A stretch of 64,000 nucleotides of DNA from Utricularia gibba (Eukaryota; Plantae; Magnoliophyta): positions 2,046,001 to 2,110,000 of the forward strand of contig NEEC01000014.1 of NCBI GenBank assembly GCA_002189035.1. Reading direction: 5' to 3'. The translations under genes and the position numbers were made by a program. Below, piece after piece: positions 48,295 through 60,504 of this stretch. The notes under the pieces are model-generated. The model was not told where the DNA came from. It ran no database searches and saw only the letters and a list, made by a program, of their open reading frames with translations. Numbering within the stretch: the stretch's first letter is position 1; each line of letters begins with the position of its first letter.

Positions 48295-51200
48295 TCCCCC
48301 TTTCTTTAGGAAGATTCGTCCCTGAATCTGTATCCATGTCGAAAAGAGACAAATCAGCAACATTGAAAGTTGAATGAACAGAATACTCACCTGGTAAATC
48401 TAGCTTGTACGCATTATCATTAACGCGCTCAACAACTTGGAAAGGGCCATCTCCACGAGGTAGAAGTTTGGACTTTCTCTTTGTGGGAAATCTCTCCTTC
48501 CTAAGATGAAGCCAAACCCAATCTCCAGGTTCAAATACAACTTTGCGTCTCCCCTTGTTTGCTGCTGATGCATACTTTGCATTGTTGCATTCAATATGTT
48601 GTTTCACCTTTTCATGCAATCTTCTGATTGCATCAGCTCTCTTCTTGCCATCTAAACTAACTTTCTCATCACAAGGCAAAGGTAACATATCCAAAGGTGT
48701 AAGAGGATTAAAACCATAAACGACTTCAAATGGAGATAATTTAGTAGTCAGATGCATGGTTCTATTGTAAGCAAACTCAACAAGTGGCAAACATTCCTCC
48801 CAAGTCTTAAGATTTGATTTAATCATAATCCTAAGTAAGGTAGAAAGTGTGCGATTAGTTACCTCAGTTTGCCCATCGGTTTGAGGGTGACATGTTGTTG
48901 AGTATAACAGCTTAGTGCCAAGTTTACTCCAAAGAACTCTCCAAAAGTGACTAAGAAACATTGCATCTCGATCAAAGACAATAGTTAGGGGCATACCATG
49001 AAGTCTAACAACTTCCCTAAAGAAGAGATCAGCCACATAAGATGCATCATCAGTTTTATGGCAGGGAATAAAGTGTGCCATCTTTGAAAACCTGTCCACA
49101 ACAACGAAAATTGAATCTCTACCCCTTTGGGTACGAGGTAAGCCTAAAACAAAGTCCATAGAAATGTCCACCCATGGTTGGGAAGGAGTAGGGAGTGGAG
49201 TATACAAACCATTAGGGGCAGTGGTTGATTTAGCCTTCCTACAAGAGATACATCTAGAACAAATTCTTTCAACATCCCTTCTCATGTGTGGCCAAAAGAA
49301 ATGTTGGGTGAGAGTATCAAGAGTCTTTTTAACACCAAAATGTCCCATTAGTCCCCCACCATGAGCTTCTCTAACAATCAAATCACGTATGGAGCAAGAA
49401 GGAATGCACAGCCTATCTTTCCTATAAAGAAAACCATCTTTCCTGAAGAATAGCCCAGATGTAGCAAGTTCACATGCCTTATAAATATCCCCAAAATCGT
49501 GATCATGAACATATAAGTCAATGATGGAAGCAAATCCAAGAATTCTTGCATCAAGATTGGCTAAGAGAGTGTACCTTCGAGATAAAGCATCAACAACCAC
49601 ATTCTCCTTACCTTTCTTGTATTTGATCACATATGGGAATGTGTCAATGAATTCCACCCACTTAGCATGTCTTCTATTCAGCTTTACTTGAGCCTTCAAA
49701 TGTTTGAGAGACTCATGATCAGTGTGTATCACGAACTCCTTAGGCCATAAGTAGTGCTGCCATGTCTCCAAAGCTCTAACCAACGCATACAACTCTTTGT
49801 CATGTGTTGGATAGTTGAGGGTGGCACCATGAAGCTTCTCACTAAAATAAGCAAGTGGACGTCCCTATTGCATCAACACAGCACCAATCCCTAAACCTGA
49901 TGCATCACATTCAATTTCAAAAGTATCAGAAAAATTTGGAAGTACTAGGAGAGGTGTTGAGCAAAGCTTATTCTTGAGTTGTTTGAAAGCATGTTCCTGC
50001 TCATCTCCCCAATGAAATGCATGATTTTTCTTGATCAACTGGGTGAGGGGTGCTGCTATAGAACTGAAGTCCCTAACAAACCGTCTATAGAAACTTGCTA
50101 AACCATGAAAACTCCTAACTTCACCCACTGATGTAGGTGTTGGCCATTCTTTGATTGCTCTTACTTTCTCTTCATCCACAGCTACTCCTGCATTACTTAC
50201 AACATATCCAAGAAAAGAGACACTATTTGTGCAAAAGACACACTTTTTGATATTAGCAAACAACTTCTCTTTTCTAAGAGTATCTAACACATCTTTCAAA
50301 TGCCCTACATGTTCCTCAATACTTTTACTATAGATCAGAATATCATCAAAATAAACAACAACAAATCTACCTATAAAAGGCCTAAGAACGTGATTCATCA
50401 ATCTCATAAAGGTGCTAGGAGCATTGGTTAACCCAAAAGTCATAACAACCCACTATACAAACCAAACTTAGTTTTAAAAGCAGTTTTCCACTCATCACCT
50501 TCCTTCATTCTAATCTGATGATATCCACTTCTCAAATCAATCTTACTAAAAACACAAGCACCATGCAATTCATCAAGCATATCTTCAAGTGTAGGGATAG
50601 GATGTCTATACTTGATTGTGATGTTGTTGATGACGCGACAATCAGTGCACATCCGCCAAGTTCCATTAGACTTTGGAACCAATAACACCGGCACCGAGCA
50701 AGTACTCATGCTCTCACGCACAAATCCTTTAGACACCAATTCCTCAACTTGTTTTTGTATTTCCTTCGTCTCCTCTGGATTGGCTCGGTATGTTGGTCGG
50801 TTTGGGAGTTGTGCTCCAGGGACAAGGTCAATTTGATGCTCAATCCCTCTAAGGGGAGGTAAGCCTTGAAGTTCTTCTGGAAAAACATCTTCATATACCT
50901 GTAAGAGAGACACAACACAAGATGGAATGGATGAAGCATGGTTAGGTGAAGTAGGAACTTCATCCTTATATATGAGTAGAATGAATGGTTGCCTAGCATG
51001 AAGTAAGTGTCTAATCTCACTTGGCCTTGCTAATAGACTCTCATTCTTTCTCTCAATTCCTAAAACTCTCATGTTTTCACTCTCTGTTTTGTGCTCATTT
51101 TCATCCTTTTTTTCACTCAATTCCTTGCCATCTCTTCTTTTTTCTCCACTTTTTCGCATCTTTTTTTCACTCATTTTCACTTCACTCATCTCTTCTCCCT

Positions 51201-53800
51201 TACGAACGACCACCTTGTGCTTTCCATTATCAGTATGAAGGCCTCTAGCATCACTCAGAATTCTGACTTGATCTTCATGTGCCTCCTTTGGAGATAATGG
51301 AGCAAGTGTGATGGAGCATCCATTATAATTGAAGGAATATTTGTTCTTGAAACCATCATGAAATGCTCTTCTATCATATTCCCAAGGTCTCCCAAGAAGA
51401 ATATGGCTTGCATGCATAGGAACAACATCACATAGGACTTCATCTTCATATCTCCCTATGGAAAACGTCACAAACACTTGTTTGGTAACCTTTACCTCAC
51501 TTCCTTCATTGAACCACTGCAGATTGTAAGGCTTAGGATGCCTCACGGTGGGTAGTCCCAATTTCTCCACCAAGATGTTGCTAGCAACATTGGTGCAACT
51601 ACCTCCATCAATAATCAGGCTGCAAACTTTCCTATTAACAAAGCATTGGGTTTGAAACAAGTTCTCCCTTTGCTCTTCATTATCCTTCACCCCAATGTTA
51701 AGCGTCCTTCGAGTGACTAATACTTCTCCAGAAACAGGCAATTCATCCTCATCACTCACTTCAGCTTCTGTCTCCACTAGATCATCATCATCTTCACTAA
51801 CAACTTCGCCATTGCCCCTAATCACCATTGCTCGTTTATTTGGGCATTCAGAAGCAATATGTCCAAGTCCCAAGCATTTGAAACATTTTATGTTTCTGGT
51901 AGTTCCCTTTGGAGGTGTTGTTCGCTCCTCTTGCTTGGAACTTGATTGGATGTCGAATTTGAAGTGTTCCATGGATGACTTCCCTTTATTTCTCTCCATC
52001 ATCTCATTGGTGCCCCCAAATTTCGAACCAGAAGTCCTCTTGTTGAAATCTCTTGCGAAACTCTTGCTAGATAGTTGTTTCTCAACCTTTGTGGCCATAT
52101 GAATCATGTCCTCCATCTCAATGTAGTGATGAAGCTCCACAATATTTGCAATCTCCTTATTCATCCCATGAAGAAACCTAGCCATAGTTGCTTCTCTATC
52201 TCCCTGAACATGAGCTCTAATCATTAAAATCTCCATTTCCTGCCAATATTCCTCCACTGCCCTTGAGCCCTGCTTGAGATTTTGCAAACGTTGATAAACA
52301 TCTCTTTGGTAATGGTTTGGAACAAACCGCCTCCTCATAACTCTTTTCATCTCAACCCAAGTGTGAATTGGTTCTTCAGAGTCAATCCTTCTTTTAGCCA
52401 CCAATTGATCCCACCAAATGATAGCATACTCACTAAATTCCATGGAGGTCAATCTGATTTTCTTTTCGTCAGAGAAGGTGTTGCAATCAAAGACATGTTC
52501 TACTCTTGTTTCCCATTGGAGATATGCATCTGGATCATTCTTTCCTTGAAATTGAGGTATCTTCATCTTGATGTTGTTAACATCCTTTCCAATTCTTCCT
52601 CCGTCTCTTCTACCTCCCTGATCTCGAAATCTTCTTGTATCCCCATGCACAAAATCATTTTCACTATGTTCAATGTAGTCATCTTCTTCATCAGTATTCA
52701 GGGTTCGATCTCTTCTTCCAACAGTCCTTGCACTTCGTTGATCACTTAAGTCATGTTCAGTGTTGATGCGTTGATGCAATTGACTACCTCGACCCCTTCC
52801 AGCAGCATAATTATCTTGTCTTCGTGCTCTTGCAACATTTTGCAAAGAATTTTCGTGTTCATCAAGCCTGACATTTATGTTTTCCAGAATGCGATGCAAT
52901 CTAGTGAACTCCTGTTGCATAGCTTTCAAAGTGAACCTCCCATCCGGTGAGTCATCATTTTCATGCTCACTTCTGGAATTTGACATCCTAAATACTGGAC
53001 AAAAGAAAACGAGCAGCAAGGAAGAAAAGAGACTAAACTAAAAAGAACAAAGAAACACACACAAGATTTACCACTCAATACTCAAGCTTCAAGTCCTTGA
53101 TGCACTCTTTAATGTCATCATGCTTGTTCTCATGGCATCTAACGAATTAATCACTTCCAGATTGGTATTGATTATAGTGTAATGATGGAGTTAGGTGAGG
53201 GTGGCAGTATTAATAGTCTCAAGATGGAGACAAAGGGAAGTGTTTAAATTAAATTGGTTGCTTGTTGGAATAGATAAATAGGAAGGATGGACAACAAGGT
53301 AAGAACAGATGAAATCAGAGAATAGAGCACTACACACGAAATGTGTTGCTTGCTAAACTATAGAAATACAGGAATGAGCAATCAACAAAGAGAATAGTCA
53401 AATGGAAAGGTGGGGACACGTGAATGACAGGGGATGGGAATTGAAGATAAGAAAAACAACAATAAAGTGGTTGGTTGGTGGAATAGTAAAAGTAGAGAGG
53501 TGGGCCACAATTTAAACATACATAATAATGGATGATAGTGATGGGTAATGGATGTTCACCTTCACACTCCTTATACTCTTGCACACTTGAAAATGATATT
53601 CAATGTGTTCTTGCTATTCAATTGACACTCAATTTCGAGCTCTTCTTCAATCAACTTCCTGTGAACCTCCCTTTTTTTTTGTACTAAAGCCAAAAGTAAT
53701 AAGGACTTGGCTTGAACGATTTTTTTTTTTTTTTTTTGAATAGGCAGGAATGGAAGAACTCAAACAAGAACTGGATAATAATAAGGATAAGGAACCCAAA

Positions 53801-53812
53801 GCTCTGATACCA
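53801..53812 (-). promoter_or_regulatory. Primer-binding site, initiator tRNA-Met
   Basis: TGGTATCAGAGC on the minus strand, 3 nt inside the 5' LTR boundary. Confidence 0.93.
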
Positions 53813-53815
53813 AAA

Positions 53816-54418
53816 TGATGTGACCCTCTAATCTATAGAGATTAGCAACCCACAAAAAAGAGGTGATTTTGAAGCTTAGAAGAGAACCCACCCAAGTCTA
53901 CCCTCAAGAGAATAAATCTCTTGCAACCAGACTTCGAAACAAAGAAAATTAGGAGCCACACTTCAGAAAAGAGAGATTGATTGGAAGTGATAATCCTAGA
54001 ACGCCACAAGCTCAAAGCTTGATAAGTTAAGAGTGTTCAAGCACTCAAAGGAGAGAGGAATCCTCACAAGATATATAAAATGACCAAAGATCCTGAATTA
54101 GTACATCTCTAGAGTATTTATACTCTAGAATTGGGCTCTAACATTACATAGTCCAAACTAAATGAAATAGAAAAGTCTAACAAGCCCAATGCTCTAAGTT
54201 AAGTCCATCTTCAAGTAGTTGAGCTCTTTTGATGGGATGTCTTCAAGCCCATGTTTGATTCCAATGGTATTGAGTAGACCCTTAAGTGTATCTTCAACTA
54301 TCTTTGTCTTGCTCCTAGTTATTGGTCCTGGTGGAATCATCTTTATTTCTAATTTGTTCACTTAAACAAACTCCTCATCATTCTTCAAATACACTTCATT
54401 ATCTTCCTGGGCTCATCA
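53816..54418 (-). repeat. CRM 5' LTR (603 bp)
   Basis: By eye, 9 substitutions and one 1-bp indel relative to the 3' LTR. Confidence 0.96.
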
Positions 54419-55250
54419 ACGAGACTCACGATATTATAGAACTACTAGCAATGGCAATATATAATCAAGAAACCTCAAATAATTCACCTATGATTTATCA
54501 GAAAATCGGAGAGATTTCAAAAAATATAAATGGAAAAAACATACAAATTCAGTAACGGAACAACAGATGATCTGTCTAGAAACAGGATTCCACTATGATC
54601 GGACGACTGCCTAGTATTAATTAGTTAAAACGGAAACGAAAAAGCGAGGAGCCGTAGTTCTCCGAAAACACATACCAGATCGATGATTTCGTTTCGAAAG
54701 CCTAGATGTTGCAGCGCTCGCTACGGAAATCGAACCTGCCGATGATTGGCATTTGTTTGGATAACCGTCGGCGTTTTCTCCGTTGATCAATTTTGCTCTT
54801 CCACACGTTGTACTCCAAACGGAGAAGCTGAATTGCTCGAAAATCTCGATGTTTTGGAAGCTGAATTTTTGAAATTCAAATTCAGATTTGCAACGAGCGC
54901 AAGGAGCGTGCGTGGACTTGGCTTATATATAGATCGCAGGAATACATGAGCCGGCCATCCGATGAATCACTGCTTCCTATATTTATAAGCGCTAGCAGAT
55001 TTATTTTAATTTAATAATTCGAATAAAGCTCAACAATGTATGGCCTAATGAAATTCCAGTATCCATTAGTCGAGGAAAAAAATCAGTAGCAAATTCATTA
55101 CACATGTCACAGGCCCTGCTCCTGACCCCCACGCAAAAGAGATTATAACTTACAAATTACAAAAGCTACAAGCTTCAAAAGAATCAACTTTCTGTCTTGC
55201 ACCTGAGCTCTCACTGAAACTTCACAGAGAGAAGCGCTTCGTTCCATTTT

Positions 55251-58200
55251 CTAATTGCTATCAGCAGGATTCTCAACCAGCATAACTAGATCATCGCTAC
55301 TGCCACAGGCTTCTATTTTTTTCTTGGCCTTTTTCTCCTGACTCTCAGATGAAAATTCGGTAGCAGGAACCGTGGACATATCAGAGTACTTTCGCTTCTT
55401 TGCAACAGGAGCCTCGAGGATTTCTAAATCATCATCTTCGGTGATGAGGGGACTTGTGTCTTCGGTTCGAGAAGAGGTGCTTACGCCGTTGTTGTCATGT
55501 GCATTGTCATTCTTCTCACTTACAGCAGGTTGTGTCCAGCCAGAGAGAACCATTTCGTCTGGTTCCTTCTCTGGATCGAATTCCTCCCTGCTAAGTTCAG
55601 TGCAGGAAAGGAAAGAAAGCAGGAGGTTATTATGCAAATTAACTACAGAAACGCTAGCCATTGTCCATATTCGGATATGCACATCCAAACGTGAGATGAC
55701 ATAGTCAAACACGACACAGTTGAGAGATTGCATGGTACGACGATAGTAAGATAAGTTGACAAGAAAAGGAAGGATGGGGAAATAGATGGACTGTACCTGT
55801 GCTGGATGTTAATGCTACACTTAAGCTCTTGCTGAAGATCCTCAACTGTAATAACAGTTCCACCTACAACTGGGGAAGGAAGCTCAGACAGAACCTGCGA
55901 AACATGCAACAACTTGGAGAAATAAAAGAGCTGGCATTTTTAGATTATGCGGAAACTAACATGAGCATGAAGGTTTACTGATAAAAAAACATGTGGATCA
56001 AAGGCTTTAAGTAAGTTATGGTAAGTCGAGAAGGAGAAATCAGACCTTTTCAAGGTTTGCTTCGTAGTTTGCAACCTCCAATTCATCAAGATCGTCTCCA
56101 ACTTCATAAAGGAGGGTAGAACCTTGCATTATCAATGGCAGATTCATGCCAAGTTTCGCTCTCACAATCTTGTTCAGGAAGTCCCTTAACTTAGAGCGAT
56201 GTGGATTTATCTCAAGAGTCAACGGTGTCTGACACAAACAAAGGAGAGGTATGATATAAAAGCATCAAACCATTTAGTGCAGTAACTTCACAATGAGTAG
56301 AAGGAAAACAACATCACTTATGGGACCAAAGAAAATCAACCAACCTCAGAGCAGACATAACAAGACTTTTTTGCCTCAAAAGGTTCACAGGGCATAAGAA
56401 GCATTTTTCTAGAGGGAACCTCGAGGCAATAAGTCATCCTATAATAAGAAGAAAATGTATTAGTGCATGCATTTTGGGGCGAGGGTGAAACATGAAACAC
56501 TATACGCAATAGGTGTCCTCTTATGCAAACTTCAAACTAGGTGAATGGGGAATCTCTAAGAACGGGATGCTAATGAACCTTTTTAAGAGTGTCTTCTATT
56601 TGATACGAAAAAAAAGTGCTCGTCTTTTTTTTGTTTGTAAATCTAACATACCTGTAGTTTTTAGTATCATTATCCAACACCTTAATTGCTTCAATGACTA
56701 TCAACCCTGCAATAATGGCATTAGTAGTGGCAACAGCATGCACGATGTTTCCAGCAATTCCTTTGGCCTCAAAAAGACAATGCAGTGGAATCCCAAATGA
56801 AGAAGCTCTGATATTTGCAGCCGCAGTAACAAATTCCACCGACAACTGATCATCTTTGTCAAATGCCAAAGTACCTATCTCCTGAGGATTGGAAGGCACA
56901 GATGACTTCCACGACCGTAACTAAGATGAGAACACACAGATACTGAAAGAGGAATCCGAACACCATACCTTTTGTCTGCTTATAAACAATAGTTTCAGAG
57001 CTTCAAGAAACACCATTGTATTCTCCTTCAAACCCCAAACATCCTGAGGATTTTTCAGACCCAGGGATGCCATAGCAGACTTGGAAAGTACATCTGCAGG
57101 TACTGACTGGGTTCCATTCTCATGGATGGCTTCTTCAGTAATTACATCTTTGAAATATATAGGCCTTGGCTTTTTACGATTTTTCCATGTATCTTCATTT
57201 GACAATGCTAACTCCAGATTATGACCAAAAACGTGATCAAATATTCTCCTTCCATACTGTTCGATGCTCTCATCATTTTTGCGCTCGAAGGCATCCTTTG
57301 CAGGAGACGATGAGCTAGAAGCATCACTAGATCGCACATTTAGATCATTTTCCTGATTTCTGTCTCCAAACAACTTTGCAAATAGCAGGTCCTTAGCCCA
57401 TACAATGCAATGGACGAACTGAAATCCCATGAGATGAAACTTTCAAAGCTTCATAAAGAAAAATGTAACTTTTGAAACAAATCAGCGCAGACAGATATAT
57501 CCACATAAATATCATACAAATAATATGGAAAGAGAGCGCCATCTAAAAAGAGTTTTCAGACAAAAAATAGCAAGGACAGAGCTTAAAAAGACAGGCATAG
57601 CGAAATTCAACATAAATAAAAACCCATCTAGGCAACTATTATTACATAGAATTTGCATATCAGATAACACTACCTCCTTAATAGGTGACCAGAGGCATGG
57701 AGGTACATACCAAATAAGAGCCAGCAAGATGGATTCATACCTTTGATGGGGTACTTGTGATTGTACAAACAGGGTAAGTTTTGGGTGCTGGCTTAGGATC
57801 ACATTCATAACATTCTGTTCTACCCTTCACATGAACAGTAACCTAGATCCAAAGAGAAAGAAGATTACAAAAACTGTGACCAAGGAGTTAGAAAAATTGG
57901 AAACGTTGAAGGAACCAGAAAGTCAACAACACACATAATGGTGAGTTGATAAAAACGCCTTGATTTCAAGGTGAAGTGCCTAGTAAATCCAGCCGCACCA
58001 AGCTTAACTGAAATATATGCAAATTCTTACAACAAAGCCCACCTGTCCTAGAAAGCCTGTGGTTCCACTTTCAATCAGTGGTACACCAGCTGCCAAACAG
58101 AGGCGGTTCACATGCCTCCTTGCATCTAAATTGTCCAGTCCATTCAATACAACATTGAATTGCTTAAAAAAATCTACATTAAAGTCAGACTCCTTAACAT

Positions 58201-59175
58201 TGGCATGATAGGATGTAATGTTGATGTGAGGCCTAAATTTCAGCACTGCTTCACGCGCAACCTGTTCCAACATGAATCCATAGAGATTCAAGAAAGAAAA
58301 GAAAATAAAAAACATACACTAAATAAAACTTTCGATTGATCACTCACTTTTGCCTTAGATTTCCCAACATGTGACTGCCGAAACAAGAATTGTCGGTTAA
58401 GATTGCTAACTTCAATGGTATCCATGTCAATCTGGAAACAAGAAGCACACAGCATGATCCATGAGTAAATCTTAAATCTTGACATCAATTATAATTGGCA
58501 TGGAATGCAACCATCGGAAAAGCAAACAGCACACAGGAATCGCCACAAATAATCGCATGGGAACAGTAAATGAGGCATAACAATAAGCATCCTCCCACCC
58601 TCCATATTTCTTTTCCCAAGGGATCCACACGCTGGACAATGCAATAACCCGACAGACATGATCAAAATCTCAAATTGGAATGACCAGCGCCACATATCGT
58701 ATCACAATCATGCACCCTATACAGTGGGGCAACAACAAACAATAATACGCCCTACACATGCACACAACAAAAAATAGGCGCCGTATGAGCACATATCACA
58801 CCTCCCAACAGGTGCACGGAAGCCGTTATCGCTATGAAAAGAGAAAAAATCAGGGTGAGAAGGTGCGTTTGATAAAACCCTAGTTACGCATTCCATAATA
58901 GGAAAAAGCAAACTAGAATCACCAGTACAACTGACACTCGAGAAAAAAGCATGTCGCAACTGCCTTGAGAAGACCCTCACCATATGTATATCATTGAAAC
59001 CAGTTAGAACTAGGGTCTTCAACAGCTCGCAGCCAATACCGCCGGCGCCCACCATGAGCACTCTGGCGCCCTAAAACAATGAGTTCAACTGACTCAAAAC
59101 TGACCTCAACAAACCGAAGCCAAACAAAGCAAGTAATCATGCCTTAATCACAGACAATTTCTCCTCCCAAGCCAT
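55251..59175 (-). CDS. SAE2: SUMO-activating enzyme subunit 2 (E1, UBA2), multi-exon
   Basis: VIK|[63 protein letters not shown] (catalytic Cys), [27 protein letters not shown]. Confidence 0.96.
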
Positions 59176-60504
59176 CCGTAGCAGAAACAACAGCGTATTT
59201 CAGACAGTGGAAAACGGCAAAATCAAGTGCAAAACGAGGATGCAGTTGGTGAGCAATCGAGTGCGTCGTGGGAGTAAAAGCGGGAGGGGTAGTTTTGAGT
59301 GAGATTTGGGGGAAAAACTGTAGAGGAGCGGGGCGCCAAAAGAAACCGTGAATAGGAAAACCCAATTCCAGAGCGTGGGACACGACAAGTACTTGACGCC
59401 TGGATTTGGGAGGCAGATAGTAATAGGGTTGGGTTTTGGGTGATTAGAGACGGATAACAGATGGCCATTACTAATGACGCTTCAGTTCTTCAGACCGCGT
59501 TAGATACGAAAGCAGCTTTGTAAATGAGATGATTTTGATATAAGTTTGATTTCTTCAAAGTATTTTTTGCATTTTTGGTAAAAGATGATTTTCATTTAAA
59601 TCACTTGGAATAATTAACAGTTATGACCTCTATTTCTATTTATGGAAAGAAATGTCGTATTGCATTTCATTTTCTTAGTTTATTTCAAGACAATAAAAAA
59701 ACATAAGTAACAACACAATAGAAAATGACCAGATTGCGTTAAATTAAAGAAGCTTTATTGCATCTCATTCAGGAGTTACACGTTGATGTGTCGGACAATA
59801 TTATGTACAATTAAATTGGAATATAAGACTAAAATTATGTATATATTAAAATTAAGAGTAAATTGGATTATAAGATTAAATCTTTGAAATCAACATTAAA
59901 ATTTGTTTCTCAGCGATTGCACTGCAAGACTCAACAAACAAGTGTTGGGCAACCTTTCATATTCTCCATCGCTGCTTCGTCCTCAGTGGGATTCTCTCCA
60001 CGAGATCAAACAAAGTCTTTGTTTCTGCGGTAGTCTCTGGTATGGAGTATCGTTGTATCGTTCGCTTGTAGAAGATTGGAGCACACCGAATCAAAGGTAT
60101 TTTTTTTTTCTCATTTGCCCTATCCTGCATAGTGTAAATTCAATCGACGTTTGTTTGAGCTGCGGTCTCATGTATTTTGTGTCGGGTTTCATTTCATGAA
60201 ATTTAATTTATTGTTGCTAGAGCTGGGTTTGCTTTTTACTTAGTGGAGTTGATACGGTACTCGTGGGTCACCACCGAAAGTCCATGCGTCACTTTGGACT
60301 TCTCGTGCTCCTCTGATTTTGCCTACTGTTAGTCAGCGTAACATGCTCGACCTTTGTCGTGATTCGAGCTGTAATTCATTGTATTTGGTTTGAAACATTG
60401 TAACAAAACTGTTCATTTAATTCGTTTAGGGATTACATTCAATGGTGTAAAGTTTATTTGCAAGATTTCCGCATTTTTTGATGTGTTTTTTTGATTTAGT
60501 GACA

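Larger units (their letters stand above)
47691..54418 (-). mobile_element. Full-length Ty3/gypsy chromovirus, CRM clade with CR motif, defective
   Basis: LTRs 47691-48294 and 53816-54418; TSD ACGAG (47686-47690 and 54419-54423); PBS TGGTATCAGAGC; PPT at 48295-48307; gag [83 protein letters not shown] at 49865-49867 and frameshifts near 50454 and 48296-48300. Confidence 0.97.
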
